From Macrostomum lignano (lineage: Eukaryota), in NCBI GenBank assembly GCA_002269645.1, contig NIVC01000092.1, forward strand, positions 434,001 to 498,000: DNA of 64,000 nt. The letters run 5' to 3'. A program made the translations under genes and the position numbers. The notes under the pieces are model-generated. The model ran no database searches and had not been told where the DNA came from. It saw only the letters and a program-made list of their open reading frames with translations. Shown here one piece after another: positions 37,604 to 49,527 of the stretch. Each line of letters begins with the position of its first letter. Position 1 is the first letter of the stretch.

Positions 37604-38721
37604 ATGGCTTCTAAATTGCCTTTCGGCATTCTCAAATGCCTGTTGGCATTGACTTATTTCCTCAGTTAAGGGAATTCTGTAGTTAAGTGTGCTTAGCTAG
37701 CTAGGACCAAGCATACTTTAACTTGACTAGTCCGCTAGGGGCTGGAGCATGTTCCAGTGCTCCGTAGCAAGCTATATCCGAAACATGCTCCCAGTGTAAA
37801 CCAATGAAAACTGCGCATATGGGGTTGCAGCAAATTTATAATTGTTATAGTTGTAGCAAAATTATAATAGGCTATAAAGCCAATAATCAGTCCCCAACTC
37901 CCCTCTCCACATTAGGAATAGGACTAAGTAAATAAGGATAGGCCTAGGTTAGGCCTATTAATGTTTTATCAATGTCAGGAGAGACATGGAGCTGATCAGT
38001 CCGGCTCGGCATCACCGACAATCCATAACTCACTGGTTCACTTGCTACACGAATTTCTACGGACAGGATTGCAACACCTATTGTGTAGCTCAGAACGACG
38101 ATGTGAATGGTCATTATACCTGCGACTCGAATGGCAGAAGAGTGTGCATGATTGGTAAGAGCATCTGGTGATGGCTTGTTTTATTAAAGCAAGCAGTAAT
38201 ACAGAACGGAGTTCTTTACGTCTGTGTTGCAGGATTTACTGGCAGCTGTGCAATGAAGATATCGACGAGTGCTGATGTCACCTTGCTCTAATGAGAGCAC
38301 TTGTGTGAACACTATCGGAAACTTCACCTGTCAGTGTCGGTTGGGTCTCCGGCTGAGGCGCCCTTGAAACTGCCAGTAATAATCGTCTCCGCAGTCTTGG
38401 GAGCAGCGATTATCGCTGTTATAATTGCGCTTCTTGTTTATCAAAGAATGAACAGGTAAGTAAATACTGATTAAGGAAGTTGATTTCAGAAGTACTAATA
38501 AATACGGTGGTTACTATAGATTCAATTTATTGATTAAATGGCTGCAAAACACATTTTCAGTAGCAGATGCACTGCTGGCAACGACTATAATGAAAGCAGG
38601 TAAGAATGTGTCAGTTGTTGCATTCCGGAGTCTATAAGTTTGACCATTGCCTCTTCCATAAATGAATTTCAATTACAGATTCGATAACGAAGCATACGCA
38701 GCATTTACTGCTCTGAGTTGA
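37604..38721 (+). pseudogene. DSL-EGF paralog D: exon-1 relic 37604-37665, 5'-truncated DSL exon 37970-38154, collapsed EGF+TM exon 38233-38455, tail exons 38561-38599 and 38679-38721
   Basis: The DSL exon and following intron are nearly identical to gene A. The single EGF remnant has two 1-nt deletions and most EGFs are deleted. Confidence 0.82.
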
Positions 38722-39376
38722 ACACTTAACAGGACAGGAAATGTCCCTTGCCAATGTCCTCCGGAGTTTGAAGATATTTATTCATAAGATATATCAGAAA
38801 ATTTAATTAATTTCGGAGGATGCATGTGATACTCGTATTTTTCACATGCATGCCACGCCATGTACATATACTTGCTCCGAATCTTCTATGTAGATGCGCC
38901 ATGTAACAACATCATCATTTAAATATAGCTAACTGTACACGAGTATTAAGCACTGTTGCATTGTCCTGCAACTGCAAAAAATGCCATTTTCTGTTGTTTG
39001 GATTGAAACGATTTGGTCGCTTGTAATTATCATAAAGCAAATTTTAAATATGTAGCTCGTATTGCTGATATATTAAAAGTTCCACACTGCCTTCTTGTCG
39101 CTCGTACCAGATTTTTAACAGAGGTGCTTTAAATAACTCACTAGACTAGAGCATCAAAAATTTGAAATTTTTTTTCAAACTTTGACTTGAGTCTAATAAT
39201 TAAGGTTATATATATGTATAGCATTTTTTATTCAGTTGAATATTTCATCGTACGCGAATGTCTAGCTCTATTTAACTATTATACATATCCACATTTCAAT
39301 GTTGCATTTGTTACACCGACTCCTAATTCATATTACTCATAAATATAATGCGGAGGTTGTGGGTTCTGGCTAAGTA

Positions 39377-39665
39377 GGGGGTTGTGACCTAGTGGGTAGA
39401 GCGTCGGACTCACGGCTGAAAGGTCGGGGGTTCGATTCTCGACCCACACGGAACAATTTGTGTCCTTGAGAAAGACACTTAACCCTGCATTGCTTCAGTT
39501 CACACAGCCGTAAAATTGGTGCCACCATTGGCTGGGGTAATTGAGGGTAGATATCGTATGTGGGTGGCGACCCCCCCCCCCCAGTCTTTGAAATGAACAG
39601 CCGTACGCAGCCTTCAGATGCGCTGCGCAATAGCTGCGACTGAGCTGTCGGTTGCACATCTGCCT
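39377..39665 (+). mobile_element. tRNA-derived SINE, copy 3 (most complete)
   Basis: A-box-like cctagtgggtagagc, B-box ggttcgattc, then tgtgtccttgagaaagacacttaaccc (CORE-like). Confidence 0.85.
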
Positions 39666-40420
39666 ATTCGGGCGGGTGTCATCAATTGCTAGTTATTATT
39701 ATGCATTTGGGTCCGTAGTTATAGTTTTTTAATTGTGGATTAACTCTACATTCTAGTTATAAAATAATTATCAGGATGCAATATAGGAGAGTAAAGTACA
39801 TAGATTTGCATTATTTGCAGCTGCTGTTCGTGAGTTCCGCGTTGTAATCAATCACAAATTTACGTACCTAGCTAATTTTAATTAGCAGCAGACGACTCAA
39901 TAAACAACTAAATATATCCGTTGGATTTAAATTAACCAGACTTCAATTTATTTTCTCACAAGTTCGGAATTAAGGAAACTGATCTGTAGCGATTAAATTG
40001 TATCAATAAAGGTTTCTAACCAATAAATCACGAGAATTCAGAACGGTAATTGCATGTATGCTCAAGATACTACAATGTACTAGGATAAAGGTGGTCTGAC
40101 GCATCCATTGCATCCATGATCAACGTTGTGATTAACTTGTACGTTAGAAATTTGGGAAGTTATTAATTTATCATGGTTCGATTAGCTATACAGAAAAATA
40201 AAGCAAATTTTTAATACTATAATATTTAGATGGATAAGTGTGCCAATTTATAGCAAAATACGTTTTCACATGATATACAAAGTGGGTTGCATTTACAGGG
40301 ATGCTTATTAATACTGGAATAAGTTGAGAATATGCCAGGAGAGTCTCGAGTTCAGAAAAAAGTCGCAATTGGTCAAAAACCTGAGATCAGATGTAGCCTT
40401 CTCTGAGGCAGCTGGCGACA

Positions 40421-43394
40421 TCAATACCTCATCGGTTTGAATGTAGAATCGCTGTCAATGTAAAAGGTGACGCTTCTGAGTCGACAAATTACCTTCGATT
40501 ACTAAATGAAAGAAATCAATGCTTACTCCGTATTGTATGTATGATTGTCCACCATATCCGGCTCGACTGTACTGCCTCGACGTGACCTGCTAATTACGAT
40601 GTTAAGAAAGTTAGGTTTATCTGTTTACGGCCTTAAAGAATGTTAACAGAATGTTCAGTGTTAATACCTGACTGCCTGTGAAATACGTTCGCTGTTCGTG
40701 ATGCCGACGACAGTCAGTATGACCGCTACGATCAGAATGACACCACCGACAGTTGCTAAGGCAATGATGAGGGTCTGCTGATTCGGCTCCGCAGGTTTCT
40801 CTGCTGTCTCGCAAAGTCGTCCGCTGAATCCATCGGGACACTGGCATCTGTAGCTGCCGAATTCGTTCACGCAGGTGCTGCCGCTCGCACAGTCGGACCT
40901 GCCCTCGCACTCGTCTACATCGATCTCGCATCGGCTACCTGTTAATCCCACGGCACAGATGCAGTTGAATCCGCCGAAGGTGTTCAGGCAGGTGCCGCCG
41001 ATGCCGCAAGGTGAGGCCGATATCTTGCACTCGTCAGCGTCTGCCTCGCAGCGACTGCCGGTAAAGTTTCCTGGACAGAGACAACTGAACCCGCCGAATG
41101 TGTTTTGACAAGTGCCTCCGTTCAGGCACAGCGAAGTCCCATTCTCACACTCATTCACATCTGCCTCACAGCGGGCGCCTGTGAAGTTTGACGGACAACT
41201 GCAGTTGAATCCGCCGATGGTGTTCAGACAGGTGCCTCCATTCTGACACGGGAAAGTGCCTGAAGCACACTCGTTCACGTCGGAGCCGCAGAGGCTGCCA
41301 GTAAAGCCCGAAGGACAGCTACAGTTGAATCCGCCAAAGGTGTTAATACAGGTACCTCCGTTCAGACAGAGTGAAGTTCCGGTGTCGCACTCGTTCACGT
41401 CAGTCTCACAAAGACTGCCATTAAAGTTAGGGGGACAACTGCAGTTGAATCCACCGAGGGTGTTCAGACAGGTGCCTCCATTCTGACACGGGAAAGTGCC
41501 TGAAGCACACTCGTTCACGTCGGAGCCGCAGAGGCTGCCAGTAAAGCCCGAAGGACAGCTACAGTTGAATCTGCCAAAGGTGTTAATACAGGTACCTCCG
41601 TTCAGACAGAGTGAAGTTCCGGTGTCGCACTCGTTCACGTCAGTCTCACAAAGACTGCCATTAAAGTTAGGGGGACAACTGCAGTTGAATCCGCCAAAAG
41701 TGTTGATGCAGGTGCCATTGTTCTGGCACGGTGGAATGTCTAGAGCGCATTCGTTCAAATCCTCACAACGACTGCCAGTAGAGTTTTCCGGGCAGACACA
41801 ATCGAATCCTCCATAGGTGTTTAGGCACGTTCCTCCATTCGAGCAGGTCGGCAGATCAAGTTCGCATTCGTTGACATCCGTCTCGCAGCGGCTTCCGTTG
41901 AAGTTTGGCGTGCAGGTGCAGTTGGCAATGTTGCCGACATTGGAACAGGTGCCTCCGTTGTAGCACGGGCTTTCGAGACACGGAATCAGTCGGGTGCAGT
42001 TGGTGCCCATCCAGCCTGTAAACGTATTACAAGTAAAAATGCAAACATTTCAGCAGCAGTCAACAAACTAAAAGACACATATTAGTAGTGACCTCGAAGC
42101 TCACCTGACATGCAAACTTTGTTGCCATTAGAATCGCAGGTATAGTGGCCTGTAGAGTCATTGCGAGGCTTGCAAAGTGTGTTACAGTCCAGTCCGTAGT
42201 AATGGCTGTGGCAGGTGTACCAATAGGTAATTGATAGCCTGTGGTGCCTCGGAGAACTGTAGATGTCCATGTTTCTCCTTACTGAGTCAGCCCGAGCCGG
42301 TAGACTTGCGTAGAAATGGTCCATATGGTCGTCGTAAAATTCGTCTTTGTCCATCGCGACAACCGTTATTTGTATGCTGCCCTGTTAATGTTAAAAATGT
42401 AAAGATGCGGCGTTCTGGTCACAGATATATTGTACTGCAGTTAGCTATACAAACTAAAAGTACAAAGATTGCATACCGGATTCCAGTAGGGCATGTCTAT
42501 AACCACTGGATTGGCAATTTCACCGAACCTGCCGCCGAAGTTGACAATGTCCAAATCCCCATAGTATCCAGCTTGACCGTAGTTAAATAGATTGTTCCTT
42601 TGGGGAAGAATTTCAATTGGCAATCGTTAACTCAAGGTAAATTCAATAACTCTCCCCCTTGAGCCAGTGAAATCCTAATAAATTCTTCACGGAAATCCCT
42701 AGGGAATGCCTTAGGAATGCCTTGGGAATCTCAGCATTCTACATTTATCGATGGCATCTCAGCAATTCCAAGTCTTTTTTCAAGTCTTAGCAACCCCCCC
42801 CCCCAAAAAAAATGAGCTATATAATCTCAGCAAACTATCGAGGCACAGCTAAATTTTTCCAATCCACATTTATTAAACAAAGCATCCCATCATATTTAAT
42901 TTATAGTGCTTGTTGGTTTAGTTGCCAAAAACAAATTCAAACAGGGTCTTTTTAACATTACACCGATGGATGGATGGTTAGCACGTCTGTCGGATTGCTG
43001 TAGGGAGCAAAAGCACAAGCAGAACTTATTAATCTACCGTGAACATCTCTTTCTAAAGGCCCTCGTCAGCAGCAATAATTTACCCTCCAGCGTTGGTCCT
43101 GTCAGCAAAGAGTTGGAATTTCGGATCGCAGGCTGACTCTCTCCAGGAAAAGAAGGTGTCGCAGTACGTCCCGTCCGAGGCTCTGCTGTCATGATTATAG
43201 TAGGTGTGGAATTGTACACGCATGTACCCCGTACCGCCGACCTGTAGCAGATTGCGATTAAGGAAAGGAAATATTGAAATAGAAATTTTTGCCACACTTT
43301 TTGTTTGCAAAATAATTTGCGAGTAACTTACTGTTCCACACAAATGAACGATTAAAAGAGCGACCGTCGATGAGATTGAAGTTAAACGGCACAT
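40421..43394 (-). CDS. DSL-EGF gene E (10 EGF, TM, ~690 aa). Exons 43332-43394, 43084-43241, 42477-42597, 42105-42381, 40668-42015, 40527-40586, last exon 40421-40451/40475
   Basis: Signal exon of 63 nt and a 121-nt exon as in A; [46 protein letters not shown]; phases consistent. The last exon boundary is uncertain. Confidence 0.88.
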
Positions 43395-43894
43395 TTTGTT
43401 AAACTTGAGGAATTTTTTTTCAAACAGAGCCTTACGAGCCTTACTGTTTTATAGCCAATACTAGGACACATTCACTGGTACCTTTGTGTGCTTGTAGGGG
43501 GTCCACTTTAGCTCAGGTGCTATCTAGTGTATATTTTTAAGAAGCTTGTTTATCTACAAAATCTATTTATTTGGACTTTACCATCAACGAGTAGATGCAG
43601 TAAATCTATTTATGGATATGCAGCATCAACTATATCAGCTTAACTGGACACTTTTTGATGAGTTTGAACAAGAAAAGAAAAAACATCCTTGTGCCTTGCG
43701 TTTTTATTGCACAGAGATGCGTTTTTATTGTCGATTGCATATATAGAATAAATTGACTGTTACCTAGTGCAAACTGTGCACCAGCTGACTTGTGCAACAT
43801 TCTGTAAACATTGAATACAATTGAAAAGGTACCTGTGCATCTGAACTTGTTTTCATGTAGCATGTAGTCTAAAATTTTCCATCTTAGAAGATAA

Positions 43895-46390
43895 GAGATG
43901 CTCAGTGAGAGATGCTCAGTGAGAGATGCTCAGTGAGAGATGTTCAGTGAGAGATGCTCAGTGAGAGATGTTCAGTGAGAGATGCTCAGTGAGAGATGCT
44001 CAGTGAGAGATGCTCAGTGAGAGATGCTCAGTGAGAGATGCTCAGTGAGAGATGCTCAGTGAGAGATGCTCAGTGAGAGATGCTCAGTGAGAGATGCTCA
44101 GTGAGAGATGCTTAGTGAGAGATGCTCAGTGAGAGATACTCAGTGAGAGATGCTCAGTGAGAGATGCTCAGTGAGAGATGCTCAGTGAGAGATGCTCAGT
44201 GAGAGATGCTCAGTGAGAGATGCTCAGTGAGAGATGCTCAGTGAGAGATGCTCAGTGAGAGATGCTCAGTGAGAGATGCTCAGTGAGAGATGCTCAGTGA
44301 GAGATGCTAAGTGAGAGATGCTCAGTGAGAGATGCTCAGTGAGAGATGCTCAGTGAGAGATGCTCAGAATGAGATGATCAGTGAGAGATGTTCAGTGAGA
44401 GATGCTTAATGAGAGATGCTCAGTGAGAGATGCTCAGTGAGAGATGCTCAGTGAGAGATGCTCAGAGTGAGATGATCAGTGAGAGATGTTCAGTGAGAGA
44501 TGCTTAATGAGAGATGCTCAGTGAGAGATGCTCAGTGAGAGATGCTCAGTGAGAGATGCTCAGTGAGAGATGCTCAGTGAGAGATGCTCAGTGAGAGATG
44601 CTCAGTGAGAGATGCTCAGTGAGAGATGCTCAGTGAGAGATGCTAAGTGAGAGATGCTCAGTGAGAGATGCTCAGTGAGAGATGCTCAGTGAGAGATGCT
44701 TAGTGAGAGATGCTCAGTGAGAGATGCTCAGTGAGAGATGCTCAGTGAGAGATGCTCAGTGAGAGATGCTCAGTGAGAGATGCTCAGTGAGAGATGCTCA
44801 GTGAGAGATGCTCAGTGAGAGATGCTCAGTGAGAGATGCTCAGTGAGAAATGCTCAGTGAGAGATGCTCAGTGAGAGATGCTCAGTGAGAGATGCTCAGT
44901 GAGAGATGCTCAGTGAGAGATGCTCAGTGAGAGATGCTAAGTGAGAGATGCTCAGTGAGAGATGCTCAGTGAGAGATGCTCAGTGAGAGATGCTCAGTGA
45001 GAGATGCTCAGTGAGAGATGTTCAGTGAGAGATGCTTAATGAGAGATGCTCAGTGAGAGATGCTCAGTGAGAGATGCTCAGTGAGAGATGCTCAGAGTGA
45101 GATGATCAGTGAGAGATGTTCAGTGAGAGATGCTTAATGAGAGATGCTCAGTGAGAGATGCTCAGTGAGAGATGCTCAGTGAGAGATGCTCAGTGAGAGA
45201 TGCTCAGTGAGAGATGCTCAGTGAGAGATGCTCAGTGAGAGATGCTCAGTGAGAGATGCTCAGTGAGAGATGCTCAGTGAGAGATGCTAAGTGAGAGATG
45301 CTCAGTGAGAGATGCTCAGTGAGAGATGCTCAGTGAGAGATGCTCAGAGTGAGATGATCAGTGAGAGATGTTCAGTGAGAGATGCTTAATGAGAGATGCT
45401 CAGTGAGAGATGCTCAGTGAGAGATGCTCAGTGAGAGATGCTCAGAGTGAGATGATCAGTGAGAGATGTTCAGTGAGAGATGCTTAATGAGAGATGCTCA
45501 GTGAGAGATGCTCAGTGAGAGATGCTCAGTGAGAGATGCTCAGTGAGAGATGCTCAGTGAGAGATGCTCAGTGAGAGATGCTCAGTGAGAGATGCTCAGT
45601 GAGAGATGCTCAGTGAGAGATGCTCAGTGAGAGATGCTCAGTGAGAGATGCTCAGTGAGAGATGCTCAGTGAGAGATGCTCAGTGAGAGATGCTCAGTGA
45701 GAGATGCTCAGTGAGAGATGCTCAGTGAGAGATGCTTAGTGAGAGATGCTCAGTGAGAGATGCTCAGTGAGAGATGCTCAGTGAGAGATGCTCAGTGAGA
45801 GATGCTCAGTGAGAGATGCTCAGTGAGAGATGCTCAGTGAGAGATGCTCAGTGAGAGATGCTCAGTGAGAGATGCTTAGTGAGAGATGCTCAGTGAGAGA
45901 TGCTCAGTGAGAGATGCTCAGTGAGAGATGTTCAGTGAGAGATGCTCAGTGAGAGATGCTCAGTTAGAGATGCTAAGTGAGAGATGCTCAGTGAGAGATG
46001 CTCAGTGAGAGATGCTCAGTGAGAGATGCTCAGAGTGAGATGATCAGTGAGAGATGTTCAGTGAGAGATGCTTAATGAGAGATGCTCAGTGAGAGATGCT
46101 CAGTGAGAGATGCTCAGTGAGAGATGCTCAGAGTGAGATGATCAGTGAGAGATGTTCAGTGAGAGATGCTTAATTAGAGATGCTCAGTGAGAGATGCTCA
46201 GTGAGAGATGCTCAGTGAGAGATGCTCAGTGAGAGATGCTCAGTGAGAGATGCTCAGTGAGAGATGCTCAGTGAGAGATGCTCAGTGAGAGATGCTCAGT
46301 GAGAGATGCTTAATGAGAGATGCTCAGTGAGAGATGTTCAGTGAGAGATGCTTAATTGGAGATGCTCAGTGACGGACGCTCAGTGAGAGA
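43895..46390. repeat. 14-bp satellite (gagatgctcagtga), ~2.5 kb, with a recurrent variant cassette
   Basis: Seen directly. Confidence 0.98.
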
Positions 46391-46419
46391 TGACCCGGGG
46401 CAGATGAGAGTGGAAAGGA

Positions 46420-47080
46420 GCAGGAAAAGAAAATGAGAGATGAGAGAAGAGAGGAGACGTGGGAGATGGGAGATGGGAAGAGAAAAGACAAGTGAGAAGA
46501 GAATGAAGGAGAAAATGGAAGAAGAGAAAGAGGGGAGAGAGGAGATAAGAAATAAGATAGTGGAGAGAGAAGAGGGGAGAAAAGAGAGGGAAGAGAGAAG
46601 AGAGGAGAGAAGAGGAGGAGAAGAGGGAGAGAAGAGGGGAGAGGACAGGAGAAAAGAGGGGGAGAAAAGGGGAGAGAAGAGGAGGAGAAGAGGGGAGAGA
46701 AGAGGGGAGAGAAGAGAAGGAGAAGAGGGGAGAGAAGAGGGGAGAGAAGAGGAGGAGAAGAGGGGAGAGAAGAGGGGAGAAGAGGGAAGAGAAGAGGGGA
46801 GAGAAGAGGGGAGAGAAGAGGAGGAGAAGAGGGGAGAGAAGAGGAGGAGAAAAGGGGAGAGAAGAGGGGAGAAGAGGGAAGAGAAGAGGGGAGAGAAGAG
46901 GGGAGAGAAGAGGGGAGAAGAGGGAAGAGAAGAGGGGAGAGAAGAGGGGGAGAAAAGGGGAGAGAAGAGGGGAGAGAAGAGGAGGAGAAGAGGAGGAGAA
47001 GAGGGGAGAGAAGAGGGGAGAGAAGAGGGGAGAGGAAAGAGGGAGAGAAGAGAGGAGAAATGAGAAGAGAGAAGAGGGAA
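46420..47080. repeat. Purine-rich (gagaagaggg)n repeat
   Basis: Seen directly. Confidence 0.93.
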
Positions 47081-47411
47081 GAGCTTTTCAGCTTTTAGCT
47101 GCCGAGCTCTCTTTATTCCTAGTTCAGAAAGTGCAAGTGTGAACCTGTTGGGCTCAGCAAGTTTGCCGCTGTAGAAAGCAAAGGCTGTCACCAACTGCTG
47201 TCGGAGTTGTGGAACACTGGACGGGATGTGTCGATGAACGTCAGCATGGCTCTTAAGCGGAAGAGCGAATTGGATATGAGCTATTGCAATGTCCACACCT
47301 GACGGCAACGACTGCTATGAATGGACAGAAAGAGTAACAGTCGCTCAGCATGCTTACCGGTTGTTCATTGCAAGGCTGCAATAATAACTTCACAAAAGCC
47401 CATATATACTG

Positions 47412-47767
47412 AGAGACAGGGGCGCTCACCAAGAGACGGGGGCGCCCACCAAGAGACGGGGCGCCCACCAAGAGACGGGGCGCCCACCAAGAGACGGAGG
47501 CGCCCACCAAGAGACAGTGGTGCCCACCAAGAGACGGGGGCGCCCACCAAGAGACGGGGCGCCCACCAAGAGACGGGGCGCCCACCAAGAGACGGGGGCG
47601 CCCACCAAGAGACAGTGGTGCCCACCAAGAGACGGGGGCGCCCACCAGAGACAGGGGCGCCCACCAGGAGACAGGGGCGCCCACCAGGAGACAGGGGCGC
47701 CCACCAAAAGACAGTGGCGCCCACCAAGGGACAGGGGCACCCACCAAGAGACGGGGGCGCCCACCAA
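47412..47767. repeat. 19-20 bp minisatellite (gggcgcccaccaagagacg)
   Basis: Seen directly. Confidence 0.93.
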
Positions 47768-48794
47768 AAAATCAAATTTTGGTGTCCCTTAGTTTTGCGG
47801 CGTCTCCAATTAAAACCCTCTGCATCTCGCCTCTTTGGACCGCCCTGCAGCTATAAGTACATGTACGCCATTGACTGGCTCCACCAGGAAACATGCATGG
47901 CATGGATGGCACCGGCGCATGTACATAATAAAGAGAAATTCCATGCCTTCGACGCTCGTAAAAAGCTACAGACAATCAGATGATTCATTCATGTATCAAT
48001 AGAAGATATCAAATTCGTTCTAGCGTTGACTGTCAGATTTAAATTATGTACTTCATGGAATGTCTCCGACGAAAGAATATGTTATCCCCCACCGTTTTAT
48101 TTATTTGGGCCGTATACGACCTGAGAATGCGTATATTGGCCGAGGTAAAAGCCAATAAATTGCTCCTAATTATTATTACCCCATTTTTCACAATTCTGCA
48201 AAACAAACTAATCTCGGAATCAAATTTCGTTACTTGCCTACTGAAATTTTCACTACAAGAGTAGTGTGTAGCGACTATATTGCAGTTTTTATTTCATTTG
48301 CCTAATGATTTTCTGCTTAGGCTCAATTTTGGCCGTAACAGCGTTGGCGCGCTTGTATGTGTGCTCAGGAGGCAGAGGAATGGGCAGAATTGGCTCAGCG
48401 CTGGTGTGTGAGACGATGTCATCCGGTGGGCCAGCCTTGCGAATATTTATTAATTTAAGGGTCTGCAGATGCAGTTCATCGCTAATTTCGATTAGTGACT
48501 CTTTTTAAAAAATCAAAACTCCCAAATCTTGCCCTGTCCATCCTCTGCAGACACCGCAGCTAAAGAAAAGCAGCGCCCACGGCAAAATTGTTAAAGCAAA
48601 GCAATGAAAATGCGCTCGCAGTCTCCAACCTTCATCTGGAACTGCCCCACCCAGCTTAGCACTGACAGCGCTATAGCATGGCGTGATATTATCTGGCAAA
48701 GAGAAAAACTGTTTTGAGTTCGTAATCACACCATACTGGCCTCTCGAACCACCCAACTCCACCGAAGTCTCCGAGACAATAAACAATAAACAAT

Positions 48795-49250
48795 AAAGAG
48801 AGGGAGAAGGGGGGAGAGAAAAGGGGAGAGAAGAGCGGGAGAAGAGAAGAGAGAAGAGGGGAGAGAAGAGGGGAGAGAAGAGAAGAGAGAAGAGGGGAGA
48901 GAAGAGGGGAGACGAGGGGAGAGAAGAGCGGAAGAAGAGGGGAGAGGAAAGAGGGAGAGAAGAGAGGAGAGAAGAGGGGGGAGAAGAGAAGAGAGAAGAG
49001 GGGAGAGAAGAGGGGAGAAGAGAGGAGAGGAAAGAGGGAGAGAAGAGAAGAGAGTTGAGGGGGAGAAGAGGGCAGAAGAGAGGAGAGGAAAGAGGGAGAG
49101 AAGAGAAGAGAGAAGAGGGGGGAGAAGAGGGGAGAAGAGAGGAGAGGAAAGAGGGAGAGAAGAGAAGAGAGAAGAGGGGAGAGAAGAGGGGAGAAGAGAG
49201 GAGAGGAAAGAGGGAGAGAAGAGAAGAGAGAAGAGGGGGGAGAAGAACCC
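48795..49250. repeat. Purine-rich simple repeat
   Basis: Seen directly. Confidence 0.92.
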
Positions 49251-49436
49251 AAAAGAAGACACAAGAGCAGCATTGGCATGAAAGGGGATGCGCGGAAGCA
49301 ACCCCAAACCCAAACCGCAGAGTCAACTGAGCGAGACGCCAATAAAAGGGACGACGGCGCAGAGGCTAAAGCCCACCCCACCTGGCCACCACCCCACGCA
49401 CGCAGAGCCAAGCACCCTCGGCCTCCACACACAGCG

Positions 49437-49527
49437 AGTTCGGAGAGTGGAAGCAGTTCAGAAAGTGGAAGCAGTTCAGAGAGTGGAAGCAGTTCAGAGA
49501 GTGGAAGCAGTTCAGAAAGTGGAAGCA
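49437..49527. repeat. 18-bp repeat x5 (gagagtggaagcagttca)
   Basis: Seen directly. Confidence 0.85.

Noticed and set aside
25389-41816. Antisense ORFs over the EGF exons (QVPPF/HSSTSSS peptides) and over the Mab-21 exon
   Set aside because: Reverse-strand shadows of Cys-rich or GC-rich coding sequence.
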